Part shown: in pieces, positions 27,773-38,708 of the stretch
Numbering within the stretch: the stretch's first letter is position 1
Layout of the letters: each line of letters begins with the position of its first letter
Assembly: GCA_965305115.1 (NCBI GenBank)
Contig: CBDLOJ010000007.1
Coordinates: forward strand, 29,723-93,722
Direction: 5' to 3'
Length of the DNA: 64,000 nucleotides
DNA from: an uncultured Arcobacter sp.
GTDB taxonomy: Bacteria > Campylobacterota > Campylobacteria > Campylobacterales > Arcobacteraceae
The notes under the pieces: model-generated
What the model was told of the DNA's origin: nothing
The model's input: the letters and a program-made list of their open reading frames with translations, nothing else
Databases searched by the model: none
Translations under genes and position numbers: made by a program

Positions 27773-28840
27773 TTATTTGTTAATAAAGTTTGCAATTACA
27801 TCACCCATTTCAGCCGTTGTAACTACATGTTTTGCATCGTATGCTGCGATGTCTTTTGTTCGGTAACCCTCTTTAAGTGCTTTTTTAATAGCACTATCAA
27901 TCATTGTTGCCGCTTCACTTTCACCCAGTGAATATTTTAACATCATTCCAGCAGACTCAATTGTAGCAATTGGGTTTGCAATTCCTTGTCCTGCAATATC
28001 AGGAGCTGAACCATGAATTGGCTCATAGATTGCAGTTTTGTCCCCTGTAGAAGCCGATGGAAGTAATCCAATAGAACCTACAACCATAGAAGCAGTATCA
28101 GAAAGAATATCTCCAAAAATGTTTCCTGTTAAGATAACATCAAACTGTTTTGGGTTTCGTACTAACTGCATTGCTGCATTATCTACATACATATGTGATA
28201 GTTCAACTTCTGGATAATCTTTAGCAACTTCTTCAACTGTATCTCGCCAAAGCTGAGAAACTTCAAGAACGTTTGCTTTATCAACAGAACATACTCTTCT
28301 ATCTCGTTTCATCGCAAGTTCAAATGCTTGTTTTGAAATTCGAATAATTTCATCTTTTGTGTACACCATTGTATTGTATGCTTTTTGACCATCATTAGCT
28401 CGCGGTTGACCAAAGTAGATACCACCAATAAGCTCACGCACAACCATAATATCAACGCCCTCAATAACTTCAGGTTTAAGTGTTGAAGCATTTACTAACT
28501 CATCATAGATGATTGCAGGTCGAAGGTTTGCATAAACACCCATCGCTTCTCTAAACTTTAATAGTCCAGTTTCAGGTCGAAGTTCACGTGCTAATGTATC
28601 CCATTTTTCTCCACCAATAGCTCCAAATAGACATGCATCAGAGTTTAATACTCCACTAACAGTCTCATCTGGTAAAGGAACACCTGTTACATCAATAGCG
28701 ATTCCACCCATGAGATAGTCTTCATACTCTAATGTAAATCCACACGCATATGAAACAGCATCTAATACTTTAATTGCTTCATCAACAATTTCTGGACCAA
28801 TTCCATCACCTTTGATGATTGCTATTTTATATTTTTTCAT
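27773..28840 (-). CDS. leuB: 3-isopropylmalate dehydrogenase
   Basis: 355-aa ORF with [13 protein letters not shown]...NLRP...NIFGDILSD. Confidence 0.95.
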   Translation of the reverse strand: MKKYKIAIIKGDGIGPEIVDEAIKVLDAVSYACGFTLEYEDYLMGGIAIDVTGVPLPDETVSGVLNSDACLFGAIGGEKWDTLARELRPETGLLKFREAMGVYANLRPAIIYDELVNASTLKPEVIEGVDIMVVRELIGGIYFGQPRANDGQKAYNTMVYTKDEIIRISKQAFELAMKRDRRVCSVDKANVLEVSQLWRDTVEEVAKDYPEVELSHMYVDNAAMQLVRNPKQFDVILTGNIFGDILSDTASMVVGSIGLLPSASTGDKTAIYEPIHGSAPDIAGQGIANPIATIESAGMMLKYSLGESEAATMIDSAIKKALKEGYRTKDIAAYDAKHVVTTAEMGDVIANFINK

Positions 28841-29340
28841 TATTTATCTACTCCCATTTCAGCTTTTGCATAGTTTATTAAACCACCTGTAGCAATTAAT
28901 TCTTGCATAAAATCAGGAATAGCAATAAATTCATAGCTTTTATTTGTTGTGTTATTGATTATTTTTCCATTATCTAAATCAATAGAAATTGTCTCACCCT
29001 CTTTAATCTCTAAAGACTCTGGTAATTCAAAAATTGGTAATCCCATATTAAAAGCATTTCGGTAAAAAATTCTTGCAAATGATGGAGCAACAACAGCAGC
29101 TACACCTGCAGCTTTTAAAGCAATCGGAGCATGTTCTCGACTTGAACCACATCCAAAGTTTTCACCTGCAACGATAATATCTCCCTTTTGTAACTTGTTT
29201 GGGAAATCTGGATCTGCATCTTCCATAACGTATTTCGCTAAATGCTCAGGGTCAGAACTGTTTAAATAACGTGCAGCAATGATAACATCTGTATCAATAT
29301 TAGCACCAAAGTTCCACACTTTTCCAGTAATTGTATTCAT
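28840..29340 (-). CDS. leuD: 3-isopropylmalate dehydratase small subunit
   Basis: 166-aa ORF with [14 protein letters not shown]. It overlaps leuB by 1 nt. Confidence 0.9.
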   Translation of the reverse strand: MNTITGKVWNFGANIDTDVIIAARYLNSSDPEHLAKYVMEDADPDFPNKLQKGDIIVAGENFGCGSSREHAPIALKAAGVAAVVAPSFARIFYRNAFNMGLPIFELPESLEIKEGETISIDLDNGKIINNTTNKSYEFIAIPDFMQELIATGGLINYAKAEMGVDK

Positions 29341-29397
29341 AATCTAAATCCTTAATAGACAAAAAAATGGATTTCTAACTTAGTATATAGTTTGTTA

Positions 29398-29412
29398 TTT
29401 TTTTGACATTAT
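29398..29412 (+). promoter_or_regulatory. Extended -10 promoter (TTTTTTTG-A-CATTAT) upstream of rpoD
   Basis: This is the same 15-mer as at 9632-9646. It lies about 130 nt upstream of the rpoD ATG. Confidence 0.45.
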
Positions 29413-29543
29413 TTTTAAATGAAAACGCATTTTACCTAAAATTTTTGAAATAATTGATTAAATGAATAAAATTAATTATTTATTTAATAATTTTCGGTAT
29501 AATATCTGACTATCTTTAAAAAAAGCAAGGAACTTATATCAAT

Positions 29544-31400
29544 ATGAGTGTAAAAGACTTAAACAAAGCTATAGAAACCACGGTAAAAGAGTATAAAGAC
29601 TCTGTTCTTACCTTTGAAAAGCTGATTAAAATTTTTCCAAAAGCTCCTTCAGTTGCCAATGTAAAAAAACTCATCGCACTTATTCAACTCTACAACGTGA
29701 CGCTTATTACGTCACAAGAGCAAGCAAAGCGAATGAATGCTGAAGAAGCCAAAAGAAAAGAAGACTTACGAAACAAACTTCGTGAAAACGAAGAAGATGT
29801 TTATGATTTATTAAAAAACAAAGAACTTCTTGAATGGTCACGGTCTGATTCACCTGTTAGAATGTACCTAAGAGAAATGGGACAGATCCCATTACTAACA
29901 AAAGAAGAAGAGATTGAAATCTCTAAAAAAATCGAGATGGGTGAAGATGTAATTCTTGACGCTATCTGTTTTGTACCCTATTTAATTGATTTTATTTTAG
30001 AGTACAAAGAACCTCTAGTAAATAGAGAACGAAAAGTTAAAGAACTTTTCAAAAACTTTGATGACGAAGATTCTGATGATTCATCAGAAGAAGAGATTGT
30101 TGAAGTAGAAACTGATGATTCAGATGATGATGACTCAAGCAAAAAAGATAAAAAGCTTGATAAACGAGCTGAAACAATTATTGCAACATTTAAAGTATTA
30201 GAAAAAGCAAAAAAAGATTGGTTAAAATTCCAAACTAAAGAGACTGCTAAATCAGATGACGAAGTTGATGTTATGACATTTGACTTAGCAACTGCTTTTA
30301 AAAAGAAACTTTTAAAAGAGTCACTTATTGATTTAGGACCAACTTCTAAACTTATTACAGAGATTGTAAAAGCGATGGAAACTGCACTTAAATCTGATAC
30401 TGGTTTTGACTCTGAGTTAAAACGATTAGAGTATAAGTTACCACTTTTTAACGAAACATTAAAAAAGAATCACGAAAAGCTTTTAGAAAATATTATTAAT
30501 TTATCAAAAGTTCAAATCACTTCAATGGTTCCAGAAGCAACAATGGTTTCTACGTATATGGAAATCAAAAAACTTTTCCAAACAAAAGAGGCTTCTAAAG
30601 GTGGCTTTGATTTAGAACCTGAAGAGTTAAAAGATGTATTAGAGCAAATCAAACGTGGTAAACAAATCACAGATGAAGCTAAAACTCGAATGGCAAAATC
30701 AAACTTAAGACTGGTTGTATCGATTGCAAAACGTTATACAAATAGAGGTTTGCCTTTCTTAGACCTTATTCAAGAAGGAAACATCGGTCTTATGAAAGCT
30801 GTTGACAAGTTTGAATATAAAAAAGGTTATAAATTCTCTACTTATGCAACATGGTGGATTAGACAAGCTATCTCAAGAGCAATTGCAGACCAAGCGAGAA
30901 CTATCCGTATTCCAATTCACATGATTGAAACGATTAATAGAATCAATAAAATCATCAGAAAGGGAATCCAAGAGAATGGTAAAGAGCCAGATGTAGATGT
31001 AATCGCAAAAGAAGTTGGACTACCTGTTGATAAGGTAAAACAAGTTATTAAGATTACAAAAGAGCCAGTATCACTTGAAGCACCAATTGGTTCAGATGAT
31101 GATGGTAAATTTGGAGACTTCGTTCCTGATGAAAAAGCACCAACACCAGTTGATAACATCATGAAAGAAGATTTACAAGGTCAAATTGATCAAATCCTTG
31201 CACAATTAAATGAAAGAGAACAAGCAGTTGTTAGAATGCGGTTTGGACTTATGGATGATGCAAGTGATAGAACACTTGAAGAGATTGGAAAAGAGCTTGC
31301 GGTAACACGTGAGAGAGTACGTCAAATCGAATCAAGTGCTATTAAGAAATTAAAGCACCCTAAAGTTGGGAAAAACCTTAAAAACTACGTAGAGAGTTAA
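29544..31400 (+). CDS. rpoD: RNA polymerase primary sigma factor
   Basis: 618-aa ORF. Region 2 reads [35 protein letters not shown]. Region 4 reads [17 protein letters not shown]. An acidic non-conserved insert is present. Confidence 0.97.
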   Translation: MSVKDLNKAIETTVKEYKDSVLTFEKLIKIFPKAPSVANVKKLIALIQLYNVTLITSQEQAKRMNAEEAKRKEDLRNKLRENEEDVYDLLKNKELLEWSRSDSPVRMYLREMGQIPLLTKEEEIEISKKIEMGEDVILDAICFVPYLIDFILEYKEPLVNRERKVKELFKNFDDEDSDDSSEEEIVEVETDDSDDDDSSKKDKKLDKRAETIIATFKVLEKAKKDWLKFQTKETAKSDDEVDVMTFDLATAFKKKLLKESLIDLGPTSKLITEIVKAMETALKSDTGFDSELKRLEYKLPLFNETLKKNHEKLLENIINLSKVQITSMVPEATMVSTYMEIKKLFQTKEASKGGFDLEPEELKDVLEQIKRGKQITDEAKTRMAKSNLRLVVSIAKRYTNRGLPFLDLIQEGNIGLMKAVDKFEYKKGYKFSTYATWWIRQAISRAIADQARTIRIPIHMIETINRINKIIRKGIQENGKEPDVDVIAKEVGLPVDKVKQVIKITKEPVSLEAPIGSDDDGKFGDFVPDEKAPTPVDNIMKEDLQGQIDQILAQLNEREQAVVRMRFGLMDDASDRTLEEIGKELAVTRERVRQIESSAIKKLKHPKVGKNLKNYVES

Positions 31401-31407
31401 GAACTGC

Positions 31408-32094
31408 ATGAATTTCTATGAAAACTGGGTGGAATTAGATTTAAATCCTATTATCTCTTTTTCCTCCACAGGTAAAATCAAATTTTCAAATCAAGAGGCA
31501 CAATTCTTACTGAACCGTATCTCTCAAAAAGAACTTTATGATTTAGCCTTGCGTTATGCGCCAAGCTCCTTTGGTTTTCAAACATCGTACATAAACCTAC
31601 CCCTTAAAAACTACACTTTTTATGCAATTACAGTGGGTTATGAAGATGAAGATGAAATTCATCTCAAACTTTACAAATCAACCATGGTTAAACGTAAAAA
31701 GAAGTTATCTTCTAAAAATGCGACTATAACTAATATCTTTACCCTTGTTGATTTATCAATTAGTACAAAAAAAACAAAATCAGATGTTAAATACATCAAA
31801 AACTATGACCCCTCTATTCCAGATTTCAAATTGGTAGCCTCAGAGTTTTTAAAAATACTTAATGCTATTTATGACTCCATAGAAGGTGCTCAGATGATCA
31901 CTACGTCTGTTAAACTAAAAATTGGTGAATATATTCGAATTGATGAAAAAAAGCACTCTATCATCACCGTTGAAGTAACAACTGATGGAAGTTTTATAAA
32001 CTTTGATAGTGTGGATAAAGATCAAGAGAGTAATACGTTTATCTTAACCGTAGAAGAAGATAAAATATTTATTGACCTTCCCCTATTGTCTTAA
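31408..32094 (+). CDS. Hypothetical protein immediately downstream of rpoD
   Basis: 228-aa ORF starting 8 nt after the rpoD stop. It is weakly PAS-like at the N-terminus and alpha/beta at the C-terminus. No catalytic motif recognised. Confidence 0.5.
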   Translation: MNFYENWVELDLNPIISFSSTGKIKFSNQEAQFLLNRISQKELYDLALRYAPSSFGFQTSYINLPLKNYTFYAITVGYEDEDEIHLKLYKSTMVKRKKKLSSKNATITNIFTLVDLSISTKKTKSDVKYIKNYDPSIPDFKLVASEFLKILNAIYDSIEGAQMITTSVKLKIGEYIRIDEKKHSIITVEVTTDGSFINFDSVDKDQESNTFILTVEEDKIFIDLPLLS

Positions 32095-32119
32095 GATTTT
32101 TTTCTAAATAATAAAAATA

Positions 32120-32668
32120 CTAATCAACACTTTTTGTTGTTAATTTTATCACTAACATAGAAAGTGGTACAATAAACAGTCCCACCATGTATGAGAATGG
32201 CTCAAAGAGTTTGTGATTGACTAAATAAAAGAATCCTACAACTAAAATAGCATACCCTACTAAACGATAGATAGAGACAAAACTTCCACCGTTGACAATC
32301 ATATTTTTTAATGAGTTTCGTTTAACTTTAGATTTTTCTTCTTGAATGATTGTTTTAATTTCATGGGCTGTTAACTCTTTTTCTTCTTCAACAACGCCAT
32401 CTTCACTATACAAATCATAGGGGTCATCAATTTCATCAATTTTATCCCTATCATTTGCAGTATCAATGTCAACACTACTATTTGCCAATCGTTTTTTAAT
32501 ACTGTTTTGATAAGAAAAGAATGTGGCAATTGAGATAAATAGTGAAGAGAAAAATGCTATTTGAGTATTTAAAAGCCATGTGGTATTAGCATTAACTAAG
32601 CAAAATAAAATTACACCAAAGTCTAATAGGAAAAAGACTTTGGCAAAATTTTTAATCGTTGTTATCAT
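32120..32668 (-). CDS. Hypothetical multi-pass membrane protein
   Basis: 182-aa ORF with four hydrophobic segments and an acidic central loop. It overlaps the upstream AtpZ-like gene by 17 nt. Confidence 0.5.
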   Translation of the reverse strand: MITTIKNFAKVFFLLDFGVILFCLVNANTTWLLNTQIAFFSSLFISIATFFSYQNSIKKRLANSSVDIDTANDRDKIDEIDDPYDLYSEDGVVEEEKELTAHEIKTIIQEEKSKVKRNSLKNMIVNGGSFVSIYRLVGYAILVVGFFYLVNHKLFEPFSYMVGLFIVPLSMLVIKLTTKSVD

Positions 32669-32969
32669 CGTCTACTTTATCACCATGTTTTGCTCTGTGA
32701 GCATATCGAGGATCATTTTCCATCCCTTCATAAGCTTTTTGAGCTCGCTTGTAGGCTTTGTAAATATTTAAACCTGCTGCTGCAATACCCCAAAATAGTC
32801 CTAACCATAATAACCAGTCATAACCAAACACTTCTTTGAGTCCATAACCAATACCAAATCCAATGATAACGGCTGCTATCATCGAAATACCAAGAGATAA
32901 GTTATCTAATGCTTGAAGTTTATCCCTGTGTTTTGGTTGAGGATTAAAATCTTTTTTTTCATCCATCAA
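32652..32969 (-). CDS. AtpZ/AtpI-family small membrane protein (ATPase_gene1-like)
   Basis: 105-aa ORF. LSLGISMIAAVIIGFGIGYGLKEVFG...WLGLFWGIAAAGLNIYKAYKRA is typical of the family. Confidence 0.55.
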   Translation of the reverse strand: MMDEKKDFNPQPKHRDKLQALDNLSLGISMIAAVIIGFGIGYGLKEVFGYDWLLWLGLFWGIAAAGLNIYKAYKRAQKAYEGMENDPRYAHRAKHGDKVDDDNND

Positions 32970-32972
32970 ATA

Positions 32973-33287
32973 CTACTTTAAATAGGTACAACAGTAATCT
33001 GTTATTGTTTTAACTTTAATATCAAAACTTGAGTTGGCAGGTACTTCAAAATACTCTCCTGCATTTATCTCTTCCCAGTTACTCTCTAATCCTGAAAACA
33101 GTACTTCTACACTACCAGAGATAATCTCCATATGTTCTGCACTCTCAGTTCCAAAAGTATACTCACCAGGCATCATAACACCCAAAGATTTACTCACCCC
33201 ATTCTCTTCATAACTTCGAGAAGTAACTGCTCCATCAAAGTAGATGTTTGCTTGTTTTACTAAATTTACATTTTCTAAAATTACCAT
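32973..33287 (-). CDS. ppnP: Pyrimidine/purine nucleoside phosphorylase PpnP (UPF0345/DUF1255)
   Basis: 104-aa ORF. ANIYFDGAVTSRS...LGVMMPGEYTFGT...E.MEIISG is collinear with E. coli YaiE/PpnP as I recall it. Confidence 0.8.
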   Translation of the reverse strand: MVILENVNLVKQANIYFDGAVTSRSYEENGVSKSLGVMMPGEYTFGTESAEHMEIISGSVEVLFSGLESNWEEINAGEYFEVPANSSFDIKVKTITDYCCTYLK

Positions 33288-33302
33288 ACTAATTGAATCC
33301 TC

Positions 33303-34586
33303 TTATAAATTTCCCATAACTTCATCAGCAGCTGCAATACACTCATCAATCATCTCATCAGTGATAACTGTTGCAATAAATCCTGCTTCATATTGACTAC
33401 ACGCAAAATAGAAACCTTTTTTAATCATCTCATGGTGGAATCTTCCAAATCGTTTGAAGTCACAAAAGTCAGTCACCTCTTTAAAGTTTTTTGGCATATT
33501 TTCAGCAAAAAAGAATCCAAACATAGAACCACGAGTATCTACTTGTAAAGGAATATTATGTTTATTTGCTACCTCTTTTAACCCTGTTACTAGTTTTGTT
33601 GCTTTTGCATTTAATTCTACATAAATATTGGTATTTGCTTTAAGCTTTTTTAAACTTACTAGTCCTGCAGCCATCGCTACTGGGTTTCCACTTAGTGTTC
33701 CTGCTTGATAAACAGCACCATCAGGACTTAGGTGTCCCATGATTTCTTTACTTGATGCAAAAGCACCAACAGGCATACCAGCACCAATTACTTTTCCAAA
33801 CGTAACAATATCAGGAGTTGTATCAACGATACCAGAAGCTCCTGTTAATGAAGCTCTAAAACCTGTCATAACTTCATCAAAAATTAATAAAGCATTATTT
33901 GCATCACACAGTTCTCGACAAGCAGCTAAAAACTCAGGGCTTGCTGGAACTAATCCCATGTTTCCTGCAATTGGTTCAATAATAATGCACGAAATATCAT
34001 CTGAGTCTTCAAAACATTTTTTAAGATTTTCAATATTGTTATATTCACATAAAAGTGTGTGTTTGATTAAGTCTGCAGGAACACCTGGGCTACTTGGGCT
34101 TCCAAATGTAGCAAGACCAGAACCTGCTTGTACTAACAGTGAATCAGAGTGCCCATGGTAACACCCTTCGAATTTAACAATGTCATTTTTACCAGTAACA
34201 CCACGCGCAAGTCTGATTGCAGACATAACAGCTTCGGTACCTGAACTTACAAATCGAACTTTATCAATATTATCGTACATCTCTACAATTTCTTCTGCAA
34301 GTTCAGTCTCTAATAGTGTTGGTGCACCAAAAGAGAGACCTTTTTTAGCTGTTGCAATAACAGCTTGCTCAATATCACTATCACAATGTCCAAAAATTAG
34401 TGGACCCCAACTTTGTACAAAATCTAAATATCTATTTCCATCAATGTCATAAAGGTACGCACCCTCACCTCTATCAATAAAAGGTGGTGTTCCTTCAACC
34501 CCTTTAAAAGCTCTAACAGGTGAATCAACACCACCTGGAATTACTTGTTGTGCTGCTTCATATGCATTTTGTGATTTTTCAAACAT
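33303..34586 (-). CDS. hemL: Glutamate-1-semialdehyde 2,1-aminomutase
   Basis: 427-aa ORF with [10 protein letters not shown]...DGNRYLD...FDEVMTGFR...[15 protein letters not shown]. Confidence 0.96.
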   Translation of the reverse strand: MFEKSQNAYEAAQQVIPGGVDSPVRAFKGVEGTPPFIDRGEGAYLYDIDGNRYLDFVQSWGPLIFGHCDSDIEQAVIATAKKGLSFGAPTLLETELAEEIVEMYDNIDKVRFVSSGTEAVMSAIRLARGVTGKNDIVKFEGCYHGHSDSLLVQAGSGLATFGSPSSPGVPADLIKHTLLCEYNNIENLKKCFEDSDDISCIIIEPIAGNMGLVPASPEFLAACRELCDANNALLIFDEVMTGFRASLTGASGIVDTTPDIVTFGKVIGAGMPVGAFASSKEIMGHLSPDGAVYQAGTLSGNPVAMAAGLVSLKKLKANTNIYVELNAKATKLVTGLKEVANKHNIPLQVDTRGSMFGFFFAENMPKNFKEVTDFCDFKRFGRFHHEMIKKGFYFACSQYEAGFIATVITDEMIDECIAAADEVMGNL

Positions 34587-34669
34587 TTTACTTCCCTATA
34601 ATGTATGTACCAAATCAATTATTTGGTCTATTTATTTAATAAAAGCAACATTGTACTATAATTCGCATT

Positions 34670-35467
34670 ATGAAACCTATTACAGTTGCCTTTATTTTAT
34701 CAATTGCACTTCATTTGTTGGCATTTTATACACTCAAAGAAAAAAAACTTCAAGAGTACAGTGATAAACCCTCAACTTCCAAAGAGATAAGCAAATCTCA
34801 AGTGCATTTTGTGAAACTTCAAAGAAAAGCACCCGTTCAAAAAAATGTACAAAAAAAGTTCAAAACACCAGTAATAAAAAAGCTACCCACAAAGCCTGTA
34901 AAACCTAAAAAACTAAAGAGTTATAAAAAAGTCAAAAAAGTCGTTAAAACTGCTAAACGAAAAGTGATAAAAAAACCTGCAAAAAATATTCAAAGAAAAC
35001 CTATTGAAAAGGTTGAAGCAACGCCAAACTACCAAAAAATGAACCCCACAAAACTGCAAAAAAGAACCTTAGATGAGTTTTTGGCAGCTCCCGTTTTGGA
35101 TATGCAACTCTTAGATGAAGTTACACAAAGTTATCTCAAACTTTATGGAGAAGAGTACAACTCTTTTACCAAAGTACAAAAAGTATATCTACAAAATAAT
35201 CTCAAAAATATTGGACGAATTACTCAAAAATACTTAAGTATGCCACGTATTGCTGTACAGCTTAACCTCCGTGGTCGTCACATGAATATCGTAGAGTTTA
35301 TTCTTCATCCAAATGGTGATATATCAAGATTAAAAATAACATCCCCTTCTGGATACTCTTTTTTTGATAAAGAGACATTAGAAACCATTGAAATTGCTTA
35401 TAAAGATTACCCAAGACCCAAAGATCCCACAAAAATTAAAATATATGTAAATTATATTTTATATTAA
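34670..35467 (+). CDS. TonB-family energy transducer
   Basis: 265-aa ORF with an N-terminal TM segment, a Lys/Pro-rich spacer (KKLPTKPVKPKKLK...) and a C-terminal TonB_C-like domain. Confidence 0.7.
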   Translation: MKPITVAFILSIALHLLAFYTLKEKKLQEYSDKPSTSKEISKSQVHFVKLQRKAPVQKNVQKKFKTPVIKKLPTKPVKPKKLKSYKKVKKVVKTAKRKVIKKPAKNIQRKPIEKVEATPNYQKMNPTKLQKRTLDEFLAAPVLDMQLLDEVTQSYLKLYGEEYNSFTKVQKVYLQNNLKNIGRITQKYLSMPRIAVQLNLRGRHMNIVEFILHPNGDISRLKITSPSGYSFFDKETLETIEIAYKDYPRPKDPTKIKIYVNYILY

Positions 35468-35516
35468 ATAATTTTTTTTATAATTTCTATTTTTGCTACA
35501 CTTTTGATACTCTTTT

Positions 35517-38500
35517 TTGATACTATTCATCATATATTTATTGGGAGATATATTTTTGAAATTTTTTTTAATACTTTTTCTTTTTTTATGCAACTTTATC
35601 CATGCACATGACGATCTAACACAAGAAGAGTTAACCTATATAAAAAACAGCAGTTTTAAGGTAGGAATGTTGCCTGATTTTCCTCCTTTTAGTATTAATG
35701 AGAATGGAAAACAAAAAGGTTTCTCCTATGATATTTTGCAACTTTTTTCAAAAAAATATGATTTATCATTTGAGTATCAAATCGGAGCTTGGCCAACAAT
35801 ACTAAAGAATTTTAAAGATAAAAAGATTGATATCATTGATACTATTTCTTATAAAGAGAAAAGACTCTCTTTTACAAACTATACAAAACCCTATTATGAA
35901 ATACCATTAGTCATTTTTTCACAAAAAGGTAAACTTAATAACTATCAAAATATTAATGACTTACAAGGCAAAAAACTAGGAATTACTAAAAATATCTTTT
36001 ACAAAGAGAGTGTTGAAAAACTAAACCTATTTGAGATTGTAGAGTATGACAGTTTTGCCAAAAAACTCAAAGCTTTAGCCCTTGGTGAAGTTGATGTTAT
36101 TTTTGGTCATTTATTAAGTACGCAAAACAACATTATCAAAAGTGGTTTTACAAACATACAAGTTCTAGGAGAACTTGATCTTCCTGAAATTAAAAAAACA
36201 GATTTACGTTTTGGAATAACTAAAAAGAATGAGATACTTTATTCTATTATGAAAAAGGCCTACAAAAATATCACCCCGCAAGAGTGGGAGAAACTTCATC
36301 AAAAATGGATCACCGTCTATGCAAAAAAAAGCACTACAAAAACGGATAGCTCCATTCCCTTAACTGAGCAAGAGAAACGTTATATTACACAAAAAAAAGT
36401 TATCAAAGTTCAAAATGAAAAAAATTGGCCACCCTATAACTTTAATGTTAATGGACAACCAAAAGGGTTTTCCATTGATTATACAAATCTTTTAGCTCAA
36501 AAGCTGGGATTAAAAGTTGAGTATGTCTCTGGCTACTCATGGAATGATTACTTGCAAATGTTAAAAAAAAGACAAATTGATGTAATCAATAACATCTCTA
36601 AAAACAAAGAACGTGACACATATATTGATTTTACAAATATTTTTCACACTGCAGCAAATGCAATTTACGTTAAAAATGGTTCAGAAAATATTGACTCACT
36701 AGAGAAGTTACATAACAAAACTATCATCATGCCTAAAGGGTTTTTTGCACAACAGCTTATCCAGAAACATTATCCAAATATCAAACAGATTTTAGTGAAG
36801 GACTCTTTAGAGGCATTACGACAGCTCTCATTAGGAAAAGCCGATGCTACTATTGGTAAAAAAAATGTTTTAGATTATATTATTTCTACCAATAACATTT
36901 CAGGAGTAATCCCTACAAGTTTTGTTGATGATAGCCGATTAGTAAGTCTAATTCGAATGGGAGTACCAAAAGGTGAAACCCATCTTCAAAATCTTCTGCA
37001 AAAAGCACAAGACTCAGTTACAGAAGAACAACTTTTAAATTTAAAACGTAAATGGTTCGGAGTCAATACTCAACTCTCAACTAAAAATGGATTAACCCAA
37101 AAAGAGAAACTCTATTTACAAGCAAAACAGGTAATAAATATCTGTACTAATCATGATCTCAAACCCATTGAGTTTATCAATAATAACGGCAAAGTTGAAG
37201 GTATCTCTATGGATACTTTAAAGCTCTTAAAAAAACAGCTTAACATTGAGTATAATCATATCGTTACCTCTTCACTCAAAGAGTCATTGAAACTACTAAA
37301 TGAGAAAAAGTGTGATATTATTCCAAGTATTGAGAGTAAACAGACAAAAATAGGAAATGCGTCCCTAACCTATCCCTATTTGAGTTATAAACTAGCAATC
37401 ATTACTCAAAAAGGGATACCAGTCATTCCTAATATAAAAGCAGTTATTAATGAAAAAGTAGCCCTTAAACAAGACTCTTTTATAGCAAGTGAGTTTCAAT
37501 CAAATTACCCTACAAGTAATATTATTAAAACAAATACTCACAGAGAGGCAATTGAAAAAGTCAATAATAAAGAGGCATATTACACCCTGCTACCCTTACC
37601 TATTGCTACATACTATATGTCTAAATATGCTATGAATAACCTCTACATTTCACGATATACAAATTTTTCATACAATATTCATATGGCTATACATAATGAT
37701 GAAACCCAACTTATGACAATTTTTAATAAACTTTTACGTCAAATCAATGAAAAAGAAAAACGTGAGATTAATAATAAATGGTCATCAATTACTATTCAAG
37801 AAAAATTTGATTATACCCTATTATGGCAAATACTTATTGTTGTTTGTGTGGTTATTTTTGTGTTACTCTACCGACAAAGTATTCTTAATAAACACAATAA
37901 AGAGCTCAAACTTGCCAACAAAGAGATTGCCCAGTTAACCAATAACTTAGAGACAAAAGTGCAAGAAGAGATCAAAAAGAATGAACAAAAAACAAACCAG
38001 CTTATCTACCAGTCACGTCTAGCACAAATGGGTGAGCTTATCAATATGATTGCGCATCAATGGAGACAGCCTCTTACTGCCATATCAGCAACAACTAATA
38101 ACTTATTGCTTAAAACAATGCTGGGGAATCAAACCAAAAAAGAAGAGCTAGAAAGAGAGCTATTATTAATCGATAACTACTCGCAGCATCTCTCTTCAAC
38201 CATTGAAGACTTTAGAAATTTTTATAAAAAAGATAAACGAAAACAACAAACAACCTTTGAAGAGATTATTCAAAAAGCGTTGGACATTACACGTCCATCA
38301 TTAGAGCATCATAATATTGAAATCCAAGAGCTCTACACAGCACATGAAGCAACAATAACAACCTACCCAACAGAGATCAATCAAGTGATTTTAAATCTAC
38401 TAAAGAATGCAGAAGATATTCTAATAGAAAATACCATCACTCAACCTAGAATCAAAATTCATACCTTTTATGATGAGTCCAATGTTTATTTAGAAATCAG

Positions 38501-38708
38501 TGATAATGGTGGTGGTGTCAAAGGTATCCCTATTGAAAAGATATTCGAACCTTATTTCTCAACAAAAATGGATAAAGATGGTACGGGATTAGGATTATAC
38601 ATGAGTAAGATTATTATAGAAGAGCATTGTAATGGAAAAATCGATGTACAAAATAAGGACTTAGGCGTTGCTTTTAAAGTCACAATACAAAAGGATAAAA
38701 CATGTTAG
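35517..38708 (+). CDS. Sensor histidine kinase with three tandem periplasmic solute-binding (SBP family 3) domains
   Basis: 1063-aa track ORF. A likelier start is TTG 35556, after GGGAGA. Three SBP_bac_3-like repeats are present (FKVGMLPDFPPFS..., IKVQNEKNWPPYNF..., INICTNHDLKPIEF...). One TM segment follows, then H-box MGELINMIAHQWRQPLT and HATPase DNGGG...GTGLGLYMS. Confidence 0.85.
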   Translation: MILFIIYLLGDIFLKFFLILFLFLCNFIHAHDDLTQEELTYIKNSSFKVGMLPDFPPFSINENGKQKGFSYDILQLFSKKYDLSFEYQIGAWPTILKNFKDKKIDIIDTISYKEKRLSFTNYTKPYYEIPLVIFSQKGKLNNYQNINDLQGKKLGITKNIFYKESVEKLNLFEIVEYDSFAKKLKALALGEVDVIFGHLLSTQNNIIKSGFTNIQVLGELDLPEIKKTDLRFGITKKNEILYSIMKKAYKNITPQEWEKLHQKWITVYAKKSTTKTDSSIPLTEQEKRYITQKKVIKVQNEKNWPPYNFNVNGQPKGFSIDYTNLLAQKLGLKVEYVSGYSWNDYLQMLKKRQIDVINNISKNKERDTYIDFTNIFHTAANAIYVKNGSENIDSLEKLHNKTIIMPKGFFAQQLIQKHYPNIKQILVKDSLEALRQLSLGKADATIGKKNVLDYIISTNNISGVIPTSFVDDSRLVSLIRMGVPKGETHLQNLLQKAQDSVTEEQLLNLKRKWFGVNTQLSTKNGLTQKEKLYLQAKQVINICTNHDLKPIEFINNNGKVEGISMDTLKLLKKQLNIEYNHIVTSSLKESLKLLNEKKCDIIPSIESKQTKIGNASLTYPYLSYKLAIITQKGIPVIPNIKAVINEKVALKQDSFIASEFQSNYPTSNIIKTNTHREAIEKVNNKEAYYTLLPLPIATYYMSKYAMNNLYISRYTNFSYNIHMAIHNDETQLMTIFNKLLRQINEKEKREINNKWSSITIQEKFDYTLLWQILIVVCVVIFVLLYRQSILNKHNKELKLANKEIAQLTNNLETKVQEEIKKNEQKTNQLIYQSRLAQMGELINMIAHQWRQPLTAISATTNNLLLKTMLGNQTKKEELERELLLIDNYSQHLSSTIEDFRNFYKKDKRKQQTTFEEIIQKALDITRPSLEHHNIEIQELYTAHEATITTYPTEINQVILNLLKNAEDILIENTITQPRIKIHTFYDESNVYLEISDNGGGVKGIPIEKIFEPYFSTKMDKDGTGLGLYMSKIIIEEHCNGKIDVQNKDLGVAFKVTIQKDKTC

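Noticed and set aside
35502-35524. Direct repeat TTTTGATACT x2 upstream of the triple-SBP kinase, with a third copy at 56424-56433 at the satP promoter
   Set aside because: The 10-mer contains a -35-like TTGATA preceded by a T-run, which is generic promoter composition in this genome. Two or three copies are not enough to call a specific binding site.
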